The notes under the pieces were generated by a model, which had not been told where the DNA came from, did no database searches, and worked only from the letters and a program-made list of their open reading frames with translations. DNA of 59,955 bases from Bacteroidota bacterium (GTDB lineage Bacteria; Bacteroidota; Ignavibacteria; UBA10030): positions 1 through 59,955 of the forward strand of contig JACVXU010000013.1 of the NCBI GenBank assembly GCA_015661185.1, in the 5' to 3' direction. Below are positions 27,193 to 37,588 of the stretch, piece by piece (position 1 is the stretch's first letter; every line of letters begins with the position of its first letter). The position numbers and the translations under genes are program-made.

Positions 27193-28452
27193 TTATAAAT
27201 GCCACGGTGCACGCATGGGTGGATCGATGAGTCTATTTGCAGCCTCATCATCCTTGCATCGCTGGGTGACCGGATCAAATGTGATGTTTCGATTCAGCTG
27301 CCAGGCAATTTTTGCCAGGTTGACGAGCGTTGCTGACCGATGTCCATTAAGCTCATTCAGCGCAAATCTCTTTCGTGTTCGAACCGAGGTGGCAAAGTCT
27401 GTGATTAGCGGCTCGGGCTCCGGAGTTGCTGCCAGCTTTTCTTTGAAATGTGGAATCGTGCATCGAAACCCCTTGAATAATTTTCCATTAGGACCCTCGA
27501 TGAAGGGAATATCTTTCTTATCCGGATCAGCTTCAAGAACGATCCGGCAACGATCCGCATACTTGATGACAATGTTCCGGAACGATCCTGCAGCTTCCGG
27601 ATGCTGGGGTGCAGAGTCGACTTCAATTTCAACCGGACTCTCTTCATCCTTTCCCATGAGGTATTGTGTGCCATCGAGGTAATGTTGTCCCATATCTCCC
27701 AGTCCTCCTCCATCATAATCCCAATAGCCGCGAAAATTTGCATGGACTCGATGGGGATGATACGGTTTATAGGGTGCAGGACCGAGCCAGAAATCGTAAT
27801 CCAATTGCGGGGGAATCCATTGCGGAGTGAGACCTGTTTTTCCGCTCCAGTAGAACTTCCAATCGAATCCAGTCTGTGCTGCGATCGTGACCGTCAGCGG
27901 CCATCCGAGCAATCCGCTGTTGACCACGCGACGGAATTCACGGGCTGATGCACCGCTGCCATAGAAATGATCCGATGTAAATCGCCACCATGTATTAATG
28001 CGAAACATTGTTCCGTAGGTGTTCACAGCTTCGACCAGCTTTTCACCCTCGATAATCGTTCGGGTCATCGGTTTCTCACACCAGATATCCTTCCCTGCCT
28101 TTGCAGCCGCGATGGCAATAAGGCCATGCCAATGCGGGGGTGTGGCGATATGAATAATGTCGATGTCCTTTCGCTCCAGCACTTCCCTGAAATCCTTATA
28201 CCCTTTGACTCCGGGTCCGCCGATTTCCATTCCTTCTTTGAGATGATCTTCATCAACATCACACACAGCAAGGAGACGCGCTCCGGTATTTCGCAGGTGC
28301 CAGTGTCCCATACCTCCGACACCGACCACTGCTTTCGTCAGCTCGTCGCTTGGCGGGGTGTAGCCATTACCTCCAAGGACGCGCCGCGGTACGATCGTGA
28401 ATGCTCCGAGTGCAAGAGCCGATTGAATAAACCTTCGTCGGGTGAGTTCCAT
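27193..28452 (-). CDS. Tat-signal Gfo/Idh/MocA-family oxidoreductase
   Basis: Leader MELTRRRFIQSALALGAFTIV, then VVGVGGMGHWH Rossmann and ATPPHWH...WCEKP motifs. Confidence 0.85.
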   Translation of the reverse strand: MELTRRRFIQSALALGAFTIVPRRVLGGNGYTPPSDELTKAVVGVGGMGHWHLRNTGARLLAVCDVDEDHLKEGMEIGGPGVKGYKDFREVLERKDIDIIHIATPPHWHGLIAIAAAKAGKDIWCEKPMTRTIIEGEKLVEAVNTYGTMFRINTWWRFTSDHFYGSGASAREFRRVVNSGLLGWPLTVTIAAQTGFDWKFYWSGKTGLTPQWIPPQLDYDFWLGPAPYKPYHPHRVHANFRGYWDYDGGGLGDMGQHYLDGTQYLMGKDEESPVEIEVDSAPQHPEAAGSFRNIVIKYADRCRIVLEADPDKKDIPFIEGPNGKLFKGFRCTIPHFKEKLAATPEPEPLITDFATSVRTRKRFALNELNGHRSATLVNLAKIAWQLNRNITFDPVTQRCKDDEAANRLIDPPMRAPWHL

Positions 28453-28459
28453 AGGTTTC

Positions 28460-29689
28460 CTAGGCGGTTTGTGTTCCGTTTTCAGGTACGGAAGAACTGC
28501 TGTTCTTGAAAAACACGCTAAAAACGATCATAATGATGGCACCAAAGGCAGCAGGAATTGCCCAAAATGTTTGCCATTGCGCCGCAGCATCGGGTCCTGT
28601 CGATGTAACAATGCCATTATGCAGCCATCCTGAAATCTGTGCACCGATCAACATTCCGGCTCCATAGGTCATCAGGACCAGGAAACCCTGAGCCTGCCCG
28701 CGAATCTGGCGCGTCGAGCTCTTATCGACATAGATCTGGCCCGCCACAAAGAAGAAGTCGTAGCAGATACCGTGAAGAATGATTCCACCCATAATCATCC
28801 AGAAGATACCCGAGGGCGCAGCGAGAGAAAAGAGCACATAGCGAAGAACCCATGCCAGCATGCCGACAAGTAAGATCCATTTGATGCGCATGAAACGGAA
28901 GAAGAGGGGGAGGAGAATGATAAACAACGTTTCCGACATCTGGCCGAAGGACATCTTGAAGCCGGGATTGAGAATTCCGTTGAAATTTACAAACACCGGT
29001 GCATAAGCGTAGTAGGTGGAAAGAGGAATGCAGATGAGAAACGAGCTGATGATAAAGACGACGAAAGAAGGACTCTTCAGTTGTGCCAATGCATCCAGAC
29101 CCATGATTTCACGGAAGGTGACCTTTTCCTTTGCCGAAGGGGGCGTATGTGGAAGTGTATACGCATACAATCCCATGACCACACCCGCAGTGCCTGCGAT
29201 CCGGAGCGGCAATCCCGTTTCATCTGCACCCAGAACTGCGCTCACGAGAATACCGGCAACAATCCAGCCAACAGTTCCGAAGACGCGGATGATGGGGAAA
29301 TATTTTTCCTGTTCGGTCATATGATGGAAGGCAAGTGCGTTCGCCAATCCGATGGTCGGCATGTAACAGATCATGTGCAGCAATAAGAGAAAGATGAACC
29401 AGCCGGCGGCCCCTGCTTCTGCTGCCAGCGGTGCCAGAAACATGGCCACACCACCAATGATATGGAGCATACCGAGCACTTTCTCTGTTGAGAAGAACCG
29501 GTCTGCAACCATTCCGAGAAAGAAGGGAGAAATTATTGCGCCGATCGGCCCCACCGTATAGGCCCAGTAGATGACATCAGTCATACCGATGCGTCCCATA
29601 TAATTACCCACAGTCACATACCACGCACCCCAGATGAAAAATTCCAAGAACATCATACCGCTGAGTTGGAAGTAAATCGATTTTTTCAT
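28460..29689 (-). CDS. MFS transporter, nucleoside:H+ symporter (NupG/XapB-like) family
   Basis: 409 aa with 12 TM helices. N-terminus LSGMMFLEFFIWGAWYVTVGNYM is typical of the Nuc_H_symport family. Confidence 0.75.
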   Translation of the reverse strand: MKKSIYFQLSGMMFLEFFIWGAWYVTVGNYMGRIGMTDVIYWAYTVGPIGAIISPFFLGMVADRFFSTEKVLGMLHIIGGVAMFLAPLAAEAGAAGWFIFLLLLHMICYMPTIGLANALAFHHMTEQEKYFPIIRVFGTVGWIVAGILVSAVLGADETGLPLRIAGTAGVVMGLYAYTLPHTPPSAKEKVTFREIMGLDALAQLKSPSFVVFIISSFLICIPLSTYYAYAPVFVNFNGILNPGFKMSFGQMSETLFIILLPLFFRFMRIKWILLVGMLAWVLRYVLFSLAAPSGIFWMIMGGIILHGICYDFFFVAGQIYVDKSSTRQIRGQAQGFLVLMTYGAGMLIGAQISGWLHNGIVTSTGPDAAAQWQTFWAIPAAFGAIIMIVFSVFFKNSSSSVPENGTQTA

Positions 29690-29700
29690 ACTGCCCCTTG

Positions 29701-30753
29701 CTAAGGAAGATGGATGATGTTCCCTGTCTTCACCGACTCGTCGGCTGCCAGTACAATGCGCAGGCTGTTGACAGCGTCGGCAAGATGTTCACGGAGGTCG
29801 AGATTGTGCCGGATCGACCGGAGAAAATACGCCTGCTCCCGGTTACATAATTCCTGGTGATTTGGTTCGTCGCTGCAATCGATAACAATGTTCTTTCCGG
29901 ATGCTGCATCATGTTTGATGAGCCTGCTGGTTTTGGTATGGGAATCGATATCGGCCGATCCCCCCTCCTTCGCTGCCTGCGGCTCTGCCATACTGATGCA
30001 TCCCAGTGGACCAATGACATCTTTCACGAAGTACGCAACTTCGCTCATCATCGGACCCCACCCCGCTTCGTACCATCCTACAGAACCATTTTCAAACACG
30101 AGCTGCAGCTGACCGTAGTTATACATGGCTTTATCGATTTCGTCGCTGAGGCGAGCTCCAATTGCCTGAACACGGAGCGGTTTCGAACGTGTCATCTGGC
30201 ACATGATATCGACGTAATGAACTCCGCAATCCACAATCGGCGACATTGATCGCATGAGACTCTTGTGGACTTCCCATTCGCTGCCGCTGCTTTGTTGGTT
30301 AAGATTCATTCGCATCACAAGAGGAGCACCTAGCTGTCGCGCCTCCTCGACAAACCGTTGCCATGCAGGATGGTGTCGCAGGATATAGCCGACGACTACT
30401 TTGTTCTTCTTTTCCTCCGCCAGGAGCGCTATTTCTTCCGCTTCGCGAACTGTACCTGCTATCGGTTTCTCAACAAACACATGCAGTCCCGCCAGAAGAG
30501 ATTGGAGAGTCAATTCGTAATGAGTCTCCGGGTAAGTGCATATCGCAACGGCGTCTGCTCGGCTGGATGCAACTGCCTCTTTCAGTGACGAATAGAGTGG
30601 TACATTCCCGAGTTCCGTCGAGAGTTTTTGAGCTCTCTCTTTTGACCGATCGAGAAGTCCCACCAGATCAAAGCCCTGAAGCTGGGTATACGCACGAGCG
30701 TGGGAAGAACCCATGTTCCCGCACCCTACCACAACAACACGCACATTCTCCAA
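29701..30753 (-). CDS. Gfo/Idh/MocA-family oxidoreductase (no signal peptide)
   Basis: VRVVVVGCGNMGSSH Rossmann motif and VFVEKP. Confidence 0.85.
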   Translation of the reverse strand: MENVRVVVVGCGNMGSSHARAYTQLQGFDLVGLLDRSKERAQKLSTELGNVPLYSSLKEAVASSRADAVAICTYPETHYELTLQSLLAGLHVFVEKPIAGTVREAEEIALLAEEKKNKVVVGYILRHHPAWQRFVEEARQLGAPLVMRMNLNQQSSGSEWEVHKSLMRSMSPIVDCGVHYVDIMCQMTRSKPLRVQAIGARLSDEIDKAMYNYGQLQLVFENGSVGWYEAGWGPMMSEVAYFVKDVIGPLGCISMAEPQAAKEGGSADIDSHTKTSRLIKHDAASGKNIVIDCSDEPNHQELCNREQAYFLRSIRHNLDLREHLADAVNSLRIVLAADESVKTGNIIHLP

Positions 30754-30766
30754 TGTATTGTTCCCG

Positions 30767-31837
30767 CTATTGTTTCAATTCCATCAACCAGATATTTCTG
30801 TACTGCACCAGGTTTCCATGATCCTGCAACAGGAGTCCGCCGGCTAATGTGACATCTTCATCGAGAGCGCCGCCGGTCGGTCCAGGCACTGCAAGGTTTT
30901 CATGTATCAGCACACCGTTATGCAGAACTGTCAGTTCTGCATCTTTGGTTTTCTTCCCTGCCTGATCGAACCTGGGCGCGCGGAACGTGATATCATAAGT
31001 TTGCCACTGACCCGGAGGCGCACACATGTTAACACGCGGCCGGGCAACCTTATAGATTCCGCCGCACTCATTGTCCTCTCCTTTGAGGCCATAACTGTCG
31101 AGGACCTGGACTTCATATCTTCCCTGCAGGTAAACGCCGCTATTCGCCCTGCCTTGCCCTGTCGCTTCCGGCATGACGGGTAACCGGAATTCTAGATGCA
31201 GCTGGAAATCAGAAAACTTCTGTTTCGATACAATGTCACCTGTACCCGGCGTCACTTCTGCAATGCGGTCCTGGACTTTCCAGCCGACAGGTGTTCCCTT
31301 CTGTTTCACATCGCGCCGTTCCCAACCATCCAGAGTAGTTCCATCAAAAAGAATCACCGCACCGGTTGGCGGTTTGGCTCCAAGAGTTGGAGGGAGCCGC
31401 ACCACATGCTTCAGTTCAAATAGTTGTGCCTCCTTCATTCGCGATCGACCGGAAACGACACCATCAGAATACGTCATCTGAAAAGATGCCAGATCATGAG
31501 AGGAAGACCCTGCCGTTGTGGGAGTAAACTTCCCATTTTCCAGTTGGGCCTCAAACGAGATCGGAAAGAATAAATCTCCTTTTTGATCAAAATACTGTTG
31601 AATCGTGAAACCATATTTTTTTCCACCAAGGACAATTACCTGCACCGCCAGTGGAGACACTGCCCCCTCATTGGACACCATATATCCCTGATAATCTCCC
31701 ATCACAGGATCCAGCGTGCTCGTCTCACCTTTCATGGTGGATGTTGTTGGAGAACACGATGTGATCATCAATGTGCTTGAAAGAATCGCCAGGAGCATAA
31801 GAACAGTGTTCTTCTTCATTGCGACACCCTTCCTCAT
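30767..31837 (-). CDS. DUF1080 (3-keto-disaccharide hydrolase family) lipoprotein
   Basis: Signal/lipobox LMITSC. C-terminal LFDGTTLDGWE...WKVQDRIAEV...FQLHLEFRLP...NSGVYLQGRYEVQVLDSYG...QWQTYDITFRAP...LTVLHNGVLIHEN...LLLQDHGNLVQYRNIWL. An alternative start exists at 31819. Confidence 0.8.
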   Translation of the reverse strand: MRKGVAMKKNTVLMLLAILSSTLMITSCSPTTSTMKGETSTLDPVMGDYQGYMVSNEGAVSPLAVQVIVLGGKKYGFTIQQYFDQKGDLFFPISFEAQLENGKFTPTTAGSSSHDLASFQMTYSDGVVSGRSRMKEAQLFELKHVVRLPPTLGAKPPTGAVILFDGTTLDGWERRDVKQKGTPVGWKVQDRIAEVTPGTGDIVSKQKFSDFQLHLEFRLPVMPEATGQGRANSGVYLQGRYEVQVLDSYGLKGEDNECGGIYKVARPRVNMCAPPGQWQTYDITFRAPRFDQAGKKTKDAELTVLHNGVLIHENLAVPGPTGGALDEDVTLAGGLLLQDHGNLVQYRNIWLMELKQ

Positions 31838-34800
31838 TCAATTTTTGTTGACTGAAATTCGCAGCCCTTCCGGTTTTCCCCCCTCGGGTGTGCGAAAACG
31901 AGCGCAAGCACCCCAATCGCCACCACCGTTACTAATTTTCATCATCAGGGAGTTCCAACCTTGTTTGAGTACGGCCGGAACAACGTCTTCTCCCGGTGTT
32001 ACCGCCCTTGCAGCTTCTTTGGCGTGGATAAGTTCACCGTTGAGCCACACTTTGAGTCCATCATCGCTCCCGACTTCCAATTGTGCTTTGCATTCTTTTG
32101 GAGACCAGACATTGGTTCGGACATAGACCACCTTCAATTCGCCTCCGATGATTTTATCAAACTCAAGCCGCCACAGCCGGTTCGGGTCGGTCATACTCTG
32201 GAATGGTATCCACTGCACTGATGAAGCATCTGCCCTTTCCGGTGCGAACGCTTCCGCGAAGAGATTTGCATTTTCCTTTATGTAAGGACCTGTAATTTCC
32301 CAGGAGGTGATATAGTCCTCGAGGCGCTCAATAATTCCGACAACTCCACGAGCCCGTCGGACGAGTGCATCATTCTTGGAGCTTTGTGCAATTTTCTTGA
32401 CATCTGCGGTAATGGCAGGGCCTGCGGTTCCGGCAATCCTCTCTGCGATATTCACAACGGCTGCTTCCGCTTCCTTTTGCAGCAGTTCGTCGTTCAGGTA
32501 GCCTGAAGCCAATTGAAATGCCTCAAGCGATCGAGCCTCTCCCACTGCTGAAAGCAACAATTTGAGCTCCTCTTTATTGGGAGCGATCTTCATGGCTTCC
32601 TGATATTTCCTGGTCGCATCATTGGCCGATTGTTTGGTATCGAGCCCAATGAGTCGAACTGCTCCCCGAAGTGCCAATGTGTTTTCTGTGATCACTTTTG
32701 CAGTCGTGGCTATCTTCCATAGATCGGTATACGGTTCTGAACTCGGCCATTCAGAAAGTGCACGGATGGCGGAGAGACGGATTTCACCATTCTTATGATT
32801 CAGTGCCGTGCGGAGAACCGGTAATGATGCGGGGGCTCCAATTTTTCCAAGAACATTCACAAAGGAAATGATAACCGCTTGTTTCTTTATCGAAGGATAA
32901 GCTGCCAGAATCGCTTCATCCTCCAGTGCAGGAGCAGGAATTCGTTTTGCTATGGCAACCAGGGCCAATTCAAACTCACGCCGCTCGGCGTCATCCTTCG
33001 CCAGGGTGAGAAATTCCATCATGGCGGGGATTTCATCAGCAGTTCCAAGCACCTTCAGTACTTTCGCCGATTCCAGACGAACCGCGACAGCAGGATCTTT
33101 GGATGTTTTCAACAGCGCAGGTATGGCGGAACTCATCTTTCGCTCCCCCATACTTTTGATCACTTCCACTTTTACTTTGCTGTCACCTGCTTTTATCAGC
33201 TGAAGCAGCGCTTCCTCGGTGCCCTGAGCGTTAAGTTCATTGAGACTATTTCTCGCGTCGTTTTGTTCTGCGCCTTTGGATGATGCTGCCGCACGAGCCA
33301 AGAGTGGTACAACGGTCGCATCGCCCATGTTGCCCAGGCTTCTGAGAGCTGCAGAACGGACATGTTGATCTTTCGATGAGACCGCAGAAGTCACAATGTT
33401 TTGGAGCTCGGCATCACGGTGATTCGAAAGTGAAGCAACCAGTTGAGCCTGACAGGCTGGAGGCAAACCTTGATAGGTGCGAGCGATCGTCCTTACCTGC
33501 TCGATACTGGATATTTCTCTTACGAGTTGAACAATATTTCTCTTACGAGTTGAACAAATGCCGGATGAAGATCGACCTCTTTACTCTTCAGCGTGTTCAC
33601 AATCAACTCCGATGCATTGGCAGGGTCGGCATGGATGATTCCCCTGAGTGCCGCAGAGCGAACGGGTACGGGTTCACCCGGTACATTCAACTCCCGATAG
33701 ACAGCAAGGGCACGATCCTTGTTTCCTGTTGAACTCAAGTGAGAAGCACAAACAAGGAGAGCATCGAGGAGATGTGGACGCAATTGAGATTTCATTCCCC
33801 GTTTCAAATCCTCCAGAATGGTGAGCGCCTCCGGAGTCCCGATGTTTCCGAGCGCTGAAACTACCGCAGATGCGACGACTGTATCTTCGTGAGCAACAAG
33901 CCGCTGCAACGCGGAAGTTGCACTCTGAACTCTTCGGTTTCGCAAAGCGTTGATGATCCCAACCATCGTTGAGGCTTTTGCTGTCGGCAGTGCTTGAAGA
34001 AGTGCTTGTTCTGCCGTTGATCCTTCTATGGATTCCAAAACAAAGAGCGCCATATTCGCTGTCTTGTCATCGGAAAGCATTGGGATCAATCGAGGGATTG
34101 AGCTCTCACTCCCCTTGAGCGACAACTTTTGGAAGATAAATTGCTTCCCACCGGACGATGCAGCACCTTCCAAGAATCCCAGGAAGAGTTGTTCAATTTT
34201 CACGCGTGCTTCAGGTAAATCATTCACGTCACGGAGAAATTCATCCAACTCAGCCATCGTGGCACGACTGTCACCGTACTGATAGGTTGAGAGCTTCGAT
34301 AGATAAGATTTCAGGAGACCTTCATCGAAGAAACTCATCGGATCGAACGGAACCGGCGACGTATTGATGTCATAATCGCCGAGTGCAAACTGGATACCAT
34401 CGAGGTAGTGCTGCAGCACTGCCGGAATTGCCAGCACTTCATTGTTGTGCCCAAGCGAGCAATAGAAAAGCCGACCTTTCCCGGACATCCGTACCCAGCT
34501 GATGGGAATATCGCGATCGGATTTCTTCACTCCAGAAGCTTTTCGATTCCGATCAAGTTTCATGTCGAGAGAAAGAAGAACGCGGCTGTTCTTACGAAGA
34601 TTGTTCTGACGAATGCGATAGATCTCGTCCTTGATGAGGAAGTCCTTCCCTTGAAAAGCGGCGTTCAACGGATGTGATGGATCGACGATTTTCACCCCCC
34701 ACGTTCCATCAGCCGTCCAAGGGTGACTGTCGAAGACTCCCCCAAACAGTTTCTGGGCTTCCGGCCATGTCGGGAAATTGTCGGTCGCGGCATGAAGTCC

Positions 34801-35241
34801 AACGATACCCTTACCGGTGGCAATAAAATCGAGGAGACTCTTTCGAAGAAGAGGATCATCGAATTTCAATTGTGTGGTATTATTGAAACAGACCGCATCG
34901 AAGCGCTGAAGGTTTTCCGGTCTAAAGATGGTAAGATCCTTGCTCATCACGGTCTGGAATGCTCCCGTTTTTCTCCCCATGACCTCCAGGGCTTTGCTCG
35001 CGCGCTCAATGGACGTGTGCTGAAATCCTTCAGAAAGGTTAAAGACAAGCAGCGTACGCGGTTGTCTTGGTTGAACGGTGGACTTCATGGGCACAGCCTG
35101 TTCAATCGCTTTTACCTCATCTTGCGAGAGCTGCGCATTTGCAGGAATGGCGAAGAGAAGAACGATAACGGCGACAATGATCAGGCTAACAAGTGATGGG
35201 TGTCTCAAGGTCTTTCCTCGTTGAGTTAGATGTGAATTCAC
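31838..35241 (-). pseudogene. ThuA-domain / HEAT-repeat / C-terminal beta-sandwich exported protein, split into two ORFs (33520-35241 and 31838-33466) by a 23-bp tandem duplication
   Basis: The upstream ORF has a signal peptide, a ThuA-like domain (LLVFNLSEGFQHTS..., GIVGLHAATDNF, ISWVRMSGKGRLFYCSLGHN) and HEAT repeats. The downstream ORF continues the HEAT repeats and ends in a beta-sandwich-like domain (LEVGSDDGLKVWLNGELI...). Removing one 23-bp copy joins ...AFVQLVREI to SSIEQVRTIARTYQGLPPACQAQLVASLS... in frame. Confidence 0.75.
33512..33557. repeat. Perfect 23-bp tandem duplication (2 copies)
   Basis: tatttctcttacgagttgaacaa at 33512-33534 is repeated exactly at 33535-33557. The length is not a multiple of 3. 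It creates the TAA stop at 33520-33522 on the minus strand. Confidence 0.95.
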
Positions 35242-36557
35242 AAATGCCAGGGACTTCGCATTGGACGTGCGAGCATCCGATCAGCTTCCGGATCGTTCAC
35301 GAATTGCTCTGTTGCAGGATCCCACTGCACTTTTCGCCCGAGTTTCATGGCGATCAAACCTAAGTGACCGACCATGATGGATCGGTGTGCAATTCTTGCC
35401 GGTGTAATGGCCTCAGCGCGACTCCGGATACAATCAAGGAAATTTTGATGATGATCGTCGCTCTTGTATAAATGAATTTCATTCGGACCAATCGCGGATG
35501 TGAGGAGCGATTTGTTCGAAGCATCGAATCCACCTCGATCAACCCAAATCCATCCTTCCGTTCCTTCAAATTGAACTCCCATACCTTTGGGCTGCTGTTT
35601 CTGATCCGCCACAATCATCGTGAATCCCTCTTTATACGTACAGACGAACCGGTAGCTTGTCGCCGTATCGAAAAGTCCGTCTTCAGCCTTCGGGAATTCG
35701 GCTACGCCTTCTATCTCGATGGGACTCGTCATCTCAGTGTCCATTCCCCACTGGGCGATGTCGACATGGTGACCGGCCCAATCGGTTATCATCCGGCCTG
35801 AATAATCGCTGATCCACCGGAAATTCCAATGACAGCGGTTGGGAGCGTACGGAACCAGAGGAGCAGGACCCAGCCACATGTCATAATCGAATCCCTCCGG
35901 GACAGGTGAAGGTTTGTAGCCTCCCTGATCGGAAATGCTGAATCCATACGGTAATCCAACCCGCACGGTCTTCACTTTACCGATCCTTCCATTCCGGACG
36001 AGTTCGCAGGCATACCGGAAGCTCTTCACCGAACGCTGCCAGCTTCCGGTTTGCCAGATGATACCATAGCGCTCCACTGCGTCGACGACAGCCCGTCCTT
36101 CTGCAATCGTGTAGGCCAGCGGCTTCTCTCCATAGATATCGAGACCTTTCTTAGCCGCTGCGACCGCAATCAGTGCATGCCAGTGATCCGGAGTTGCCAG
36201 GCTTATAGCGTCGAGATCACGTCTCTCAAGCAATTCGCGGAAATCGTCATACTCCGCACATCCCTTCTTTCCCGACTTCTCCTCCACCGTAGCAATCGCT
36301 TCCTTCCGCCGCTTCGCATCGACATCACAGATGGCGACAATCTGGGCTTCTGGCTTCTCAAGAAAGCTCTCCATGTTGCCTGTTCCCATATTACCGACAC
36401 CAATACATGCGAGGGTGATACGGTCGCTGGGAGCCACTGCACCCGATCGACCGAGCGCGGTGGAAGGAATAAACATCGGCAACCCGACCGCCCCAATGGC
36501 GGCTGCGGTTGCCTGTTTTAAGAAATCACGACGGCTTTTCTTTATGGTATTCTTCAC
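35238..36557 (-). CDS. Tat-signal Gfo/Idh/MocA-family oxidoreductase
   Basis: Leader KKSRRDFLKQATAAAIGAVGLPMF, then LACIGVGNMGTGN and ATPDHWH...YGEKP. Its stop overlaps the ThuA gene start by 4 nt. Confidence 0.85.
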   Translation of the reverse strand: MKNTIKKSRRDFLKQATAAAIGAVGLPMFIPSTALGRSGAVAPSDRITLACIGVGNMGTGNMESFLEKPEAQIVAICDVDAKRRKEAIATVEEKSGKKGCAEYDDFRELLERRDLDAISLATPDHWHALIAVAAAKKGLDIYGEKPLAYTIAEGRAVVDAVERYGIIWQTGSWQRSVKSFRYACELVRNGRIGKVKTVRVGLPYGFSISDQGGYKPSPVPEGFDYDMWLGPAPLVPYAPNRCHWNFRWISDYSGRMITDWAGHHVDIAQWGMDTEMTSPIEIEGVAEFPKAEDGLFDTATSYRFVCTYKEGFTMIVADQKQQPKGMGVQFEGTEGWIWVDRGGFDASNKSLLTSAIGPNEIHLYKSDDHHQNFLDCIRSRAEAITPARIAHRSIMVGHLGLIAMKLGRKVQWDPATEQFVNDPEADRMLARPMRSPWHL

Positions 36558-36584
36558 GCCAGGTCTCCTTATTCGATCTTGTGG

Positions 36585-37577
36585 TTACTTATCAAACGCA
36601 GCATCGAATGCGACAGCGGATTGAGAAAAATCGGTTTTACGCACAAATTCACATGCTTCACGTGCCCCATGTTCGCGTTCCATTCCGCTATCCTCCCATT
36701 CAACCGATAATGGCCCGGTATATCGGATATGATTCAGGGCACGAATAATTTCTTCAAACTTTACCGATCCATGACCGAGCGATCGGAAATCCCAACCGCG
36801 CCCGCGTGCACCGAAGTTCAGATGCGATCCGAGAATTCCGTTTTTACCATCGAGCTGAAGTGCCGCATCCTTCATGTGCACATGGAAAATTCGATCGGGG
36901 AACTCTTCGATGAATCGGACCGGATCAATCATTTGCCAGAGGAGGTGGCTCGGATCGAAATTGAAACCGAATGTTTTCCGTCTGCCGATGGCATCGAGAA
37001 CCCGGTGCGCTGTAACGATATCGAAGGCAATTTCCGTGGGATGAACTTCGAGCGCAAACTTCACTCCGCATTCATCATAGACATCGAGTATGGGATTCCA
37101 CATGGATGCAAAGTACTTGTAGCCATCTTCGATCATCGCATCGGTGACGGGCGGAAAGCTGTAGAGCAGATGCCAGATAGATGAACCGGTGAATCCATTG
37201 ACAACGTTGATACCGAGATTCCGGGCAGTTCGGGCCGCATCCTTCATCGTTTCCACGGCCCAACCACGTTTTTTTTCAGCATCTCCAGCACAGGAGGCCG
37301 GGGCGAAGCCATCCGACCGGCTGTCGTTGTTCAGGTCGCACACAAGCTGACCGGCCAGGTGATGGCTGATGGCAAAGAGTTTCAGATTGTGTTTCTTGAG
37401 GATGCGGAGCTGATGCTTACAATAGTCTTTGTCGACCGCCCCCTTGGTTACGTCGAGGTGATCACCCCAGCAAGCAAGTTCGAGTCCATCATAGCCCCAT
37501 GCCGAAGTCTTTTTTGCTAATGTCGTAAGAGGCAGGTCGGCCCACTGCCCCGTGAAAAGTGTCACGGGTCTTGACAT
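36585..37577 (-). CDS. Xylose isomerase-like TIM-barrel protein (sugar phosphate isomerase/epimerase family)
   Basis: 330 aa. GYDGLELACWGDHLD, FALEVHPTEIAFD, FNFDPSHLLWQ, HVHMKD. These are the AP-endonuclease-2/xylose-isomerase-like barrel motifs. Confidence 0.8.
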   Translation of the reverse strand: MSRPVTLFTGQWADLPLTTLAKKTSAWGYDGLELACWGDHLDVTKGAVDKDYCKHQLRILKKHNLKLFAISHHLAGQLVCDLNNDSRSDGFAPASCAGDAEKKRGWAVETMKDAARTARNLGINVVNGFTGSSIWHLLYSFPPVTDAMIEDGYKYFASMWNPILDVYDECGVKFALEVHPTEIAFDIVTAHRVLDAIGRRKTFGFNFDPSHLLWQMIDPVRFIEEFPDRIFHVHMKDAALQLDGKNGILGSHLNFGARGRGWDFRSLGHGSVKFEEIIRALNHIRYTGPLSVEWEDSGMEREHGAREACEFVRKTDFSQSAVAFDAAFDK

Positions 37578-37588
37578 CGTCCTTCTCC

